IMG/VR virus record: IMGVR_UViG_3300042305_001773
Span: 1 to 64,000 of that record
DNA length: 64,000 nt
Strand: one strand, 5' to 3'
The notes below the pieces were generated by a model, which did not search any database, was not told the DNA's origin, and worked only from the letters and a program-made list of their open reading frames with translations. A program made the translations under genes and the position numbers. How positions within the stretch are numbered: position 1 is the first letter of the stretch; each line of letters begins with the position of its first letter. Shown here piece after piece: positions 39,605 to 47,601 of this stretch.

Positions 39605-39958
39605 TCACTTCACTGTTGCGGCGTGAGTGAACTTCTTCTCGTAGTGGGAGTAAATTTCCGCAAACGCAACGCCCCACGCAGCGTCATGGGCTAACTTATT
39701 AAACGCTTCGTCCGTCGTGGCTTCGTCAAGCCGATGGTTCCACGCCCGCGCATGTGCCCACTCGTGGATCAAGACGTCCATGGCGCGGGATTCATCCAGA
39801 CTCTTGTCGATCTGGATGTGGAACTTCTTGCCCTGTTTCCAGCAGCGGCCCTCTAATTTAGATAGCTTTACCCGGCGTACGCTCACGGGAAAAGCCGCGG
39901 GACACTCGTTTTTGAGCATCCGCAGGAGGGCTTGATAATATTTAAAACGAGCCGCCAT
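39605..39958 (-). CDS. SprT-like HExxH metallopeptidase
   Basis: LIHEWAH...HDAAW. Confidence 0.65.
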   Translation of the reverse strand: MAARFKYYQALLRMLKNECPAAFPVSVRRVKLSKLEGRCWKQGKKFHIQIDKSLDESRAMDVLIHEWAHARAWNHRLDEATTDEAFNKLAHDAAWGVAFAEIYSHYEKKFTHAATVK

Positions 39959-40033
39959 GCTCTATCCTCCTGAAGGGCGTCCTTGCCACAACGGAGTGAT
40001 TATACTTGAGCCGGCGGAGTTTGGCGGCAGCGA

Positions 40034-41218
40034 TTATTTCGCGTTATTTTGCAGCTGCGCTAACACAGCCGCGGCGCTTTCTTTAACTTCCTCGTCACCC
40101 GAGTCTTCCGACTTTTCCTCGGACTTTTCTTCTTTTTCGTCGCTCTCGGGCTTTTTCTTTTTCTTACCGATACTGGAGCCGATGTTACTGCCCAGATGCG
40201 CGCCGGCACCCAGACCAGCAGCGCCGCCGGCTAACAGGCCAATACCGGCACCCGGACCGCCGCCCAGCGCGCCGCCAGCGAGAGCGCCCATGATGCCACC
40301 GCCAGCGCCGCCAGCCAGCCCACCAATACCACCGCCCGCGACACCCCCCAACGTAGAAAGCAGCGACGATTGTTTTTGCGCGCCACGAAGCCGCATGGGC
40401 TCGGGTGTGCCGCTCAAAAATCGCAGCGCCGGGGCCATCATCTGTTCAAACGACGACGAGCCGTCGCGGTCGAGACCGGTGAAAACGGTTGGTCCAAGTT
40501 TTGGTTTTTGCAGCGGCGTTTTATTTACAGGCGCGGCGGGTGTTGCCTTTGGTTTGTTAAGCGATCGGTAGGCTTCGCTCGCGGCCAGCGCCCCGCTGGC
40601 CCCAATAGTGCCGCCAATAGCCGGATAAAACACGTCATCACTGGCTAACGTTTTTGCCGCAGTGCCCAATCCTTTGCGGATGCTATTTAAAACTGACGAG
40701 GCGGCCCCGGCTTCTTTATTTTCCCACGACGGCTTGCCAATGGCAGCGCTGGCGCCGGCATAGCCCAGCCCGGCACCACCGACCGCGCCTGTCGTACCGC
40801 CGCGCACAATCGCGTTGCGCAGATACGCGTCGGTGTACGGCGACAGCGAGCCCGGGCTGCGAATCGGGACCTTCTTGCCGCCGCGTGACATCGTCCGACC
40901 ACCGCGCTGTACAAACCGCTTGAGCGCGTCGGCTAATTGCGCTGCGCTCGGGCCAAAGAGTGTTTTGCCGATACGAGGACTTGCCGCCGCGAGCGCAAGA
41001 GCCCCCAGCGCTCCGCCTACACCACCGCCAATCATGCCAGCACCTGTGCCAGTGCCTTTGACAGCCCCACGGCCCAGTCCTTCCATGCGGTGTCCAGACG
41101 GCGACGTGACTGCGCCCAGACCAGCGCCCACACCCGCTGTGATCGGCAGCGTCACGAACGCCTGCTTGCCGACCTGTTTCCCAACCTGCATGCCAAATTG
41201 TTCGGGCGTAACACTCAT
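40034..41218 (-). CDS. Glycine-zipper putative virion polyprotein (alternative start 41344)
   Basis: PEQFGMQVGKQVGKQA leader; long GxxxG tracts; KEA and KQS sites. Confidence 0.55.
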   Translation of the reverse strand: MSVTPEQFGMQVGKQVGKQAFVTLPITAGVGAGLGAVTSPSGHRMEGLGRGAVKGTGTGAGMIGGGVGGALGALALAAASPRIGKTLFGPSAAQLADALKRFVQRGGRTMSRGGKKVPIRSPGSLSPYTDAYLRNAIVRGGTTGAVGGAGLGYAGASAAIGKPSWENKEAGAASSVLNSIRKGLGTAAKTLASDDVFYPAIGGTIGASGALAASEAYRSLNKPKATPAAPVNKTPLQKPKLGPTVFTGLDRDGSSSFEQMMAPALRFLSGTPEPMRLRGAQKQSSLLSTLGGVAGGGIGGLAGGAGGGIMGALAGGALGGGPGAGIGLLAGGAAGLGAGAHLGSNIGSSIGKKKKKPESDEKEEKSEEKSEDSGDEEVKESAAAVLAQLQNNAK

Positions 41219-41321
41219 GCGAGCACCTGTGGCTTGAATATGGTTTTGAAGTTTGCGCGTAGTCACGTGCTGCATGATCTTTTCAAACAGCTTGCGCCGC
41301 GACAGCGCCAACTCCGTTAGT

Positions 41322-43511
41322 TTACTTACTGGAATCGGCGGCATCGTCGTCGTCCAGAATGCTTTTGCTGGCTTGGGGTTTGGCGTCTGGATATTTTAAC
41401 AGCCGCCGCTTCTTCTTTGAAAGCGGGCGTTTGGGCGGCGTTAATTTGAGCGTTTGAAACACAGCGCTCGCCTTTTCTTGCACTTCTTTGTCTTCTGTTA
41501 ACTCTCCTCGCCGCCGCTTGAGATACTTCTTTAATTCCTGCTCCTGATAGGCTTGGAGCATAGTTTTTACTTTGTCAGACCGGGTGCGCGCAACTAACTT
41601 CGCGGGGTCAATCGCCCAGTGCTGCAGCGCCCAGCCTCGTCTTGGCGTAGGATTAGTCATAAACGGCCCGCCATGACGCGCTTTGAAGCTCGCCCAGCGC
41701 TTGATCTGGCGCGCATCTTCGTCGGGAAGCCTGCGGCCCGAATTGTAGTTCTGGTACCACTCCAGCCAGCCCTTCGGGTCATGTTCTGTCACCCATTCCG
41801 GCTTCCATTCGCCTAAACTCGCGAGCCGTGGGCCCTCTTTTTCGTATAACGACTTGTACACACCCATGCGATGCAGCTGGCCGGGCGTGAAGTCAGGCTG
41901 AAACTCAGGAAGATCCGCGCTCTGCTTCTCCTGCTCTCTTTGCTTGCGGTATTTATCGCCCTCGTCTTGCAGGATCTTGCGGAAGATCTCGTTGAGCTGT
42001 TCTTTCTCGGCGGTAAGGTGTTCAAGTACTTCGTCACCTGTGCGCTCGCGCTTGTACCCCATGAGCTTGCCGATGAAGCTCGGGTCTTGGCTGGCACTTA
42101 GATATCTTTGCACTTGGACGTTCTTGAGTTCTTCAGGGAGATCTCGATGCGAGTCAAAGCGCAGACCACGACCACGAGCTTGCTGGCTGCGCGACTCATG
42201 CCAGTGCGGATCTAAAAGCTGAATGAGACTGGTGCCCTTGGTAGACAAACCCTCGGCGCCAGCAGGGCCAATTAAGAGCGCCCGGAGCTTGCCTTGGTTG
42301 TATGCGTCCACAGCGGCTTGGCGCGCCTTTGAGCTAACGCCGCCATGGAAAAACGCATGCGGGATCTTGGCTTTCTCTAGACCAGCTGCGTAGGGCGCCA
42401 AGCCAGAGTCAATGAAGTTGGAATAGATAATCGCCTTCTTGCGCTTGTCTTCACCCAGTGTCTTCTGCAGGTTCTGAAACGCGGCTTGTAATTTGGCGCT
42501 CTGCTGAAACGCCTTGGCCGGATCTTTGTCGGCGCGGAACGGCTGCGTGGATAAGCTCACTTGGCGCAGGCCCGTGAGAAAGCTATTTAACTTGGCCAGC
42601 TCGTCGCGGGACAACGGAAACTCTTGATCCAGCTTCCACAAAAACCCCGGCGGAATCTTCGTGCGAATAGCTTTTTGAATCTTGTCCTGCGCGTTGGACA
42701 ACGGTACGCGCACGACCTCTTCTTTAACATTTACACCTTCGGGCGTTTTGCTGGGCTGGTAATCTACTTTGCCTGCAAGCAACTGCCGCAGTTCTTTTTC
42801 GTTCTTGACGACTGGCTTGACGCCGGGCTTCACGCCACGCAGCCAACCAAACAAACCCGGCCGCACGGTTTTGTAGTCGATATACCGCTTCTCGAATTCT
42901 TCCGGCGTAATCTCTTTGTTATGGAGCATCGAGAGCAGATTGGCGAGATCCGTAGGCGAATTCGTGATCGGCGAACCAGTAAGTAACATTAAACGCTTCG
43001 CCTGCGCGGCGGCTTCAGCAGCTCCGGCCGAACTCGCGCTCCCCGGATTACGGAGCCTGTGCGCCTCGTCCATGATCAGCGTGCTGGGCGGCTTTTGAAA
43101 CTTCTTGCCCAGCGCCAGCCCCGTGTAGCTCATGATCTCGGGGTTAGAGTTCTGCGTGAACTTCTTGATTTCTTTGTCGAAATTACCCCTGAGACTAGCC
43201 GGGACTACCACGCCATACTCTTCGCCGTCTTGCTTCTTCGCTTCTTCAGCGGCGGCCAGTGAAGACAGCGATTTACCAGAACCTAAGCCGTGATAGACCA
43301 GTAAGCGCGGATCAGTGGTAGAAATACGGTCGGCGATTCTCTGCTGATGTTCCTGCAGCTGGATCTCGGGAAGAAGTTCAGCTTGTTTTTCGCTGCCGTT
43401 TTGGCGCTCGGAATTCCCGGCTGCCAAATTGGCCACTTTGTGCCATACGCTATCGGGCAGTGCGGATGGCTTGGGAGTGCTGCCGAGAATGCTATTTATT
43501 TCTGCGCTCAT
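41322..43511 (-). CDS. SF2/SNF2-like helicase of D6/D11 type with C-terminal W-rich domain
   Basis: LLVYHGLGSGKS, DEAH, TGSP, GAEGLS, DPHW..SR..QARGRGLR.DSH..LP. Confidence 0.88.
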   Translation of the reverse strand: MSAEINSILGSTPKPSALPDSVWHKVANLAAGNSERQNGSEKQAELLPEIQLQEHQQRIADRISTTDPRLLVYHGLGSGKSLSSLAAAEEAKKQDGEEYGVVVPASLRGNFDKEIKKFTQNSNPEIMSYTGLALGKKFQKPPSTLIMDEAHRLRNPGSASSAGAAEAAAQAKRLMLLTGSPITNSPTDLANLLSMLHNKEITPEEFEKRYIDYKTVRPGLFGWLRGVKPGVKPVVKNEKELRQLLAGKVDYQPSKTPEGVNVKEEVVRVPLSNAQDKIQKAIRTKIPPGFLWKLDQEFPLSRDELAKLNSFLTGLRQVSLSTQPFRADKDPAKAFQQSAKLQAAFQNLQKTLGEDKRKKAIIYSNFIDSGLAPYAAGLEKAKIPHAFFHGGVSSKARQAAVDAYNQGKLRALLIGPAGAEGLSTKGTSLIQLLDPHWHESRSQQARGRGLRFDSHRDLPEELKNVQVQRYLSASQDPSFIGKLMGYKRERTGDEVLEHLTAEKEQLNEIFRKILQDEGDKYRKQREQEKQSADLPEFQPDFTPGQLHRMGVYKSLYEKEGPRLASLGEWKPEWVTEHDPKGWLEWYQNYNSGRRLPDEDARQIKRWASFKARHGGPFMTNPTPRRGWALQHWAIDPAKLVARTRSDKVKTMLQAYQEQELKKYLKRRRGELTEDKEVQEKASAVFQTLKLTPPKRPLSKKKRRLLKYPDAKPQASKSILDDDDAADSSK

Positions 43512-43513
43512 GC

Positions 43514-43759
43514 TCAGTTCACCATGAGATTGCGCGCAGTTTGATACATCGCCCACAGCCCCAAGCCGGCGGACACCAAGCCCAGATATTTAAACGACGT
43601 GTACACCGTGACAAAGAAGTAAATGCCGAGCCAACACGCCAACGCACCCGTCACAACTGCGGCGATTATCCATTTTTTCACCGCAAACAATGCGGCGATT
43701 GGCCCGCACAGCAGCACGGCGCACACGATGAAAAAGACCAGTAACGCCAGACTTTCCAT
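43514..43759 (-). CDS. Membrane protein
   Basis: Three TM segments. Confidence 0.6.
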   Translation of the reverse strand: MESLALLVFFIVCAVLLCGPIAALFAVKKWIIAAVVTGALACWLGIYFFVTVYTSFKYLGLVSAGLGLWAMYQTARNLMVN

Positions 43760-43766
43760 GTCGTGC

Positions 43767-44615
43767 CTATTCCGCAGGAGTGCTGTTTACGCTGGCTTTC
43801 GGCTCTGGCCCTAATGTAGCCTGACCGACCAGCGCGTGCTCGTGTTGTCGGATCTGCAATTCTACCCAATCCCGGTACATACTCACACGCGTAAATGCGC
43901 TGTCGTCGCCATAGGTCCCGTCTGGTTTTCCGTCGGCGTGCGCCAAAAAAGAGTTAATCCCGGCCAGTTCGTTGCCGATAAACATGCCGCCCCCTGAATC
44001 TCCGGGCGCAATCATGAACTCCAGCGGAAACCGCCCATCTCGCCGTGGTGAGCAGGCCACCACCGAGAGAAACGCTGACGAAAGTTTGTTTTGCCCCGCG
44101 CGCCGTTTGTTGTCGGACGTGGTAGCGCCTGTAGTAAAATTCCCCGTTGAACCCCAGCCCGCAATGGTGACCGACTTCCCGTTTTCATCTGCTTTGCTGT
44201 ACAGCGGCACGTAAAAGTCCAGTTTGAAATCTTCTTCCACGTAGCACAGCGCGATGTCGTGCAGGCCCACTTTGTCTTCGTTGTAATCTTTGTGCCGAAC
44301 TTTGTATGCCACCGGGTGTTTCTTCTCGCCAACGTAAATCACATCGTGTTTTGATTCGTTAATAACATGCGCCGCGGTCAATGCCCAATGCGGTCGAATA
44401 ATCACCGCCGACGCTAGTTGCTCGTGGGTTTTCTCGCACTTCTTGCAGTCCACAATGTTCGTGATGCGGACGACAAAGGGAAACTGCTTGCCAAATTCGA
44501 CGTACTTGGCGTCCGGCGTGTTGGGGTCGATCGTGCCAGCCATCGCTACCCGAGAGGCAGCGATCAGAATAATCACGTAGCGTAGCAGGCGGGCGAATAG
44601 TTCTTGCGCGTTCAT
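43767..44615 (-). CDS. Secreted trypsin-like (S1) serine protease
   Basis: Signal peptide, LTAAH, DIAL, GDSGG. Confidence 0.9.
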   Translation of the reverse strand: MNAQELFARLLRYVIILIAASRVAMAGTIDPNTPDAKYVEFGKQFPFVVRITNIVDCKKCEKTHEQLASAVIIRPHWALTAAHVINESKHDVIYVGEKKHPVAYKVRHKDYNEDKVGLHDIALCYVEEDFKLDFYVPLYSKADENGKSVTIAGWGSTGNFTTGATTSDNKRRAGQNKLSSAFLSVVACSPRRDGRFPLEFMIAPGDSGGGMFIGNELAGINSFLAHADGKPDGTYGDDSAFTRVSMYRDWVELQIRQHEHALVGQATLGPEPKASVNSTPAE

Positions 44616-44653
44616 GGCAAGCCCCCAGTCTTTGATATGTAAGTGTTGCTATC

Positions 44654-46669
44654 TCATGCTTGTGGTTGTTGTGGTTTCAAGAGTGTCATGGCCTTGGCAA
44701 ACATGTGCGGATCGAGCTTGGGCCGCGGCGGAAGCTTGGGCGAGCGCCACAGGCTCTGATTAAACCCAGTCAAACCGTAACCAGCGGCGCCCATCAGGCC
44801 CATGGCGCCAATCCCGGCGCCCACGCGGCCTCGGAAGCCCTTGGCGAGGTCTTTCATCGCTTGGCCTTTGTGCGTGACTAGCACCGGCTCGAAGATATCG
44901 CTGAGCGCCACGCGATTGGGCAGCCACGCATTGGGATCGCCTTTGAATTTGCCGCCAATCAGGCGTTCATACAAGCTCGCTGGGCCGCCGCCGCAATGTG
45001 TACCATAGCAGTTGGTGCGGCCAAACATGCGGCGGAATGTATTTAATCCAGCAACTTCGCCCACCGCGGTCTGACCAGCAGCGACGCCAGCGTAGGGATC
45101 AACACCCATACGCTTGGCGGCCTGTAAAAACTCTGCCTCGTTGTTAATCTTGGCGCGATACGGCTCTTTGACGCGCATCCATAACGTCGGCTTGTGTCCG
45201 ACTGGCTCTTTCTTGCCGCGATAGTATCCACGCGGATTCTGGCTGGAACCCTCAGTCACCGTGTGCTTGTACACCGTGTCGGCGCCGTGCGGGACCAGTC
45301 TTTGCGGGCGCTCTTCTAATTGGCGCTCCACGGTTTTGATCCAGCCGTCGTCATGTAACCCGGTGTTGTCGCGAAAGCCGTCCAGCCAGTCACGCACAGC
45401 ATCGCGCGCGCCGCCCAGACCCTTTTGCCACCAGCCCTTGATGGCGTCTTTGGGTAAGTCAGCGCCGTGCGCAGCGATGTAATCAGCCGGCGTGCGCCCA
45501 GCATTCGTGGCGCTCATGCCGCCGTGAAGCAAGCTCGGCACGAACGTCTCAAACTGCTTGGGTTTAAATAGCTTTGACTTGGGGAGCGCAGCAGGATTAC
45601 CACCGGCGGCTTCTAAGAGCGCTTCCACCGTGCGCTTCTGCGTCGGCGTCTGTGGGCCGCGTGCTTCCATGCTGCGCGCCAGATTATCCCACCGCTCTGG
45701 AGCTGTACGCCTGAGATCCTGTGCGATCTGCTTGAACTTGGGATTCTTCGCAGCCATCTCATCGAAGCGCTTCGCCAGTGCTTCTTGACGGTCTGCGCTG
45801 CCTGTTAACTGTGTTAATTCACGCTCAAAGTTCTGCGCTTTTGTATCTGGCCCGTCAAAGAAGCCGCCTTCAAACGTCGGCGACCATGTCTCGCGTAAGC
45901 CACCACGCGGGCCAGTTTTTAACTCGCCGGTCTGTGTCTTACTGGCATCTTCTGAGACCCGTGCAAGAAAACGCTTGAAGCCTTTGACAGCTTTTGTCTT
46001 GGCGCCGACAGCTTTGTTTACTTCGGCGAGATCAGGGCGCGGGACTTTTGGCGGCGTGGCAGATTTCCCAGCACTGACCGCTGCGTCATAGGCGTCCCAC
46101 GCTTTCTGTCGGGCTTGGAGCTGCGCTAACTGTTTTGTTCGGCCCCGCAAGCGTTCCTTTGCGTTGCCGTAGGACTCTGTGCCCTGCATGTTCTCTTTGG
46201 CATCAGCAGCGACAGACTTGCGCCACGCTTCCGGGTCACGCATCTGGGGAGAATACAGCTCGCCGCGGTCGTTGATTAAGTAGGGCAGTGGCGCGCCTAA
46301 CTCACCCTTGGGTACGCCCGTGACGCTCCAATGTGGACGCACGTAGGGCCCGGCGACTTGGCCGTGGGCGCCCGGGCCGCCAGATGCTGCATGCGACCCA
46401 CGCACCAGCGTGTTCGTAAATAAATCGCCGCCGCCCTGTAAGCCAGACAGGCCAAAGTCGCCCGGCTGGACTTCTTTCATGACCTTTTTGAGGTCCACGA
46501 GGCCGTTGGCGAGCGTAGCATCTGGGGCTGATTCGAGAATCTTGCGGTACTGCGGGTACTCGCGAAAGATGTATTCCAGCAGGCTCACGCCGGGCGGAAG
46601 GGCGGCGATACCGGCGCCAACGGGGCGGTAGTCAAACGGCGCTTTGGAGGAAGACTCTTGTGCGGGCAT
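44654..46669 (-). CDS. Large hypothetical protein, possibly permuted papain-like amidase with insertion
   Basis: PGD...H near the N-terminus and Y...HCGG...LP near the C-terminus; Gly-rich tail. Confidence 0.4.
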   Translation of the reverse strand: MPAQESSSKAPFDYRPVGAGIAALPPGVSLLEYIFREYPQYRKILESAPDATLANGLVDLKKVMKEVQPGDFGLSGLQGGGDLFTNTLVRGSHAASGGPGAHGQVAGPYVRPHWSVTGVPKGELGAPLPYLINDRGELYSPQMRDPEAWRKSVAADAKENMQGTESYGNAKERLRGRTKQLAQLQARQKAWDAYDAAVSAGKSATPPKVPRPDLAEVNKAVGAKTKAVKGFKRFLARVSEDASKTQTGELKTGPRGGLRETWSPTFEGGFFDGPDTKAQNFERELTQLTGSADRQEALAKRFDEMAAKNPKFKQIAQDLRRTAPERWDNLARSMEARGPQTPTQKRTVEALLEAAGGNPAALPKSKLFKPKQFETFVPSLLHGGMSATNAGRTPADYIAAHGADLPKDAIKGWWQKGLGGARDAVRDWLDGFRDNTGLHDDGWIKTVERQLEERPQRLVPHGADTVYKHTVTEGSSQNPRGYYRGKKEPVGHKPTLWMRVKEPYRAKINNEAEFLQAAKRMGVDPYAGVAAGQTAVGEVAGLNTFRRMFGRTNCYGTHCGGGPASLYERLIGGKFKGDPNAWLPNRVALSDIFEPVLVTHKGQAMKDLAKGFRGRVGAGIGAMGLMGAAGYGLTGFNQSLWRSPKLPPRPKLDPHMFAKAMTLLKPQQPQA

Positions 46670-46764
46670 AGTGCGGCCGTCGCGTTGCTAACAATATTCC
46701 GCCATTCTACTGCGCTTTATTCTATTACAAAAGCTGCGTTGGGCTGAAAACTCATTACGGCGCT

Positions 46765-46802
46765 GTAAAAACAGTTACCAGAGGTAAAAACAGTTACCAG
46801 AG
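46765..46802. repeat. 19-bp tandem direct repeat, 2 copies
   Basis: GTAAAAACAGTTACCAGAG twice. Confidence 0.9.
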
Positions 46803-46855
46803 CGCTGATAGCTAAAAAAACGCTTAGCAGCCGGGAGTGGTTAGCTCCCGGCTGC
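46802..46855 (-). terminator. Hairpin plus T-tract fused to boundary motif
   Basis: GCAGCCGGGAG/CTCCCGGCTGC stem, then TTTTTTTAGCTATCAGC on the minus strand. Confidence 0.7.
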
Positions 46856-46870
46856 GTCTGCGTTCTTCGC

Positions 46871-47485
46871 TCACACTTCGGCGTCGTCGGGAAACAGGTC
46901 GTGTTCCGACCGTTCCCAATCGTTGTCGAAGCAGTTATCCTCGATCAGCTGCTCGAACTCGGCCTCGGCATCGTCTTCGTCTGCGGCGCCGTACAACTCT
47001 TCTTCGAGTTCACGGCGGGCGCGGGCGAAGCGAGCCTTGACCTTTTCCAGACCCTCGGCGTCGGTTTCCTGCACACCGTTGTTGGGGTACAGGCCGCCGT
47101 ACTGGGCCGCGCGGTCTTCGATCCGCCGGAGGTAGACCACAGCGGCACGGTAACTGGTGAACGTTGCGTCCCAGTCGCCATAGCCGTCGTAGTTCGTGCC
47201 TTCGGAGATGTAGAAGAAACCAGCGCGGTCCTCGACGTCGAGCGCAGCTTCGTAGCTGCTGGCCTCGCCATCGGACTTGGCGAGGCAGTCATCGCAGTAG
47301 TAGACGGGCTCCCATCCGAAGGAGTCCGTTTCACCTTTTACGATGACAGTCGCGTCGTTTGTGCACAGGCAGTTGTAGCCCTCGCACTTTTCGGTGGCGA
47401 CGACGAAAGTACCACCGGGGCCGGCTCCGAACTGCAAGGTTTTGCCATTGTCAGCGGGGATGCGGGCCTTAATCGTCAGTGCCAT
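46871..47485 (-). CDS. Acidic putative early protein
   Basis: AGGAG RBS; own promoter and terminator. Confidence 0.7.
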   Translation of the reverse strand: MALTIKARIPADNGKTLQFGAGPGGTFVVATEKCEGYNCLCTNDATVIVKGETDSFGWEPVYYCDDCLAKSDGEASSYEAALDVEDRAGFFYISEGTNYDGYGDWDATFTSYRAAVVYLRRIEDRAAQYGGLYPNNGVQETDAEGLEKVKARFARARRELEEELYGAADEDDAEAEFEQLIEDNCFDNDWERSEHDLFPDDAEV

Positions 47486-47565
47486 GGTTATCTCCTTTGG
47501 AGGTTATGGCGATGAAACGGCTGGAGACACAACACGTGGCTTACCAGCAAAGAGCTAGGCTCCTT

Positions 47566-47598
47566 ACTAGATATACCCGGTTTTGGCCGTTTATTTAG
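47566..47598 (-). promoter_or_regulatory. Phage promoter P1
   Basis: CTAAATAAA-N14-TATATCTAGT. Confidence 0.75.
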
Positions 47599-47601
47599 AT
47601 A

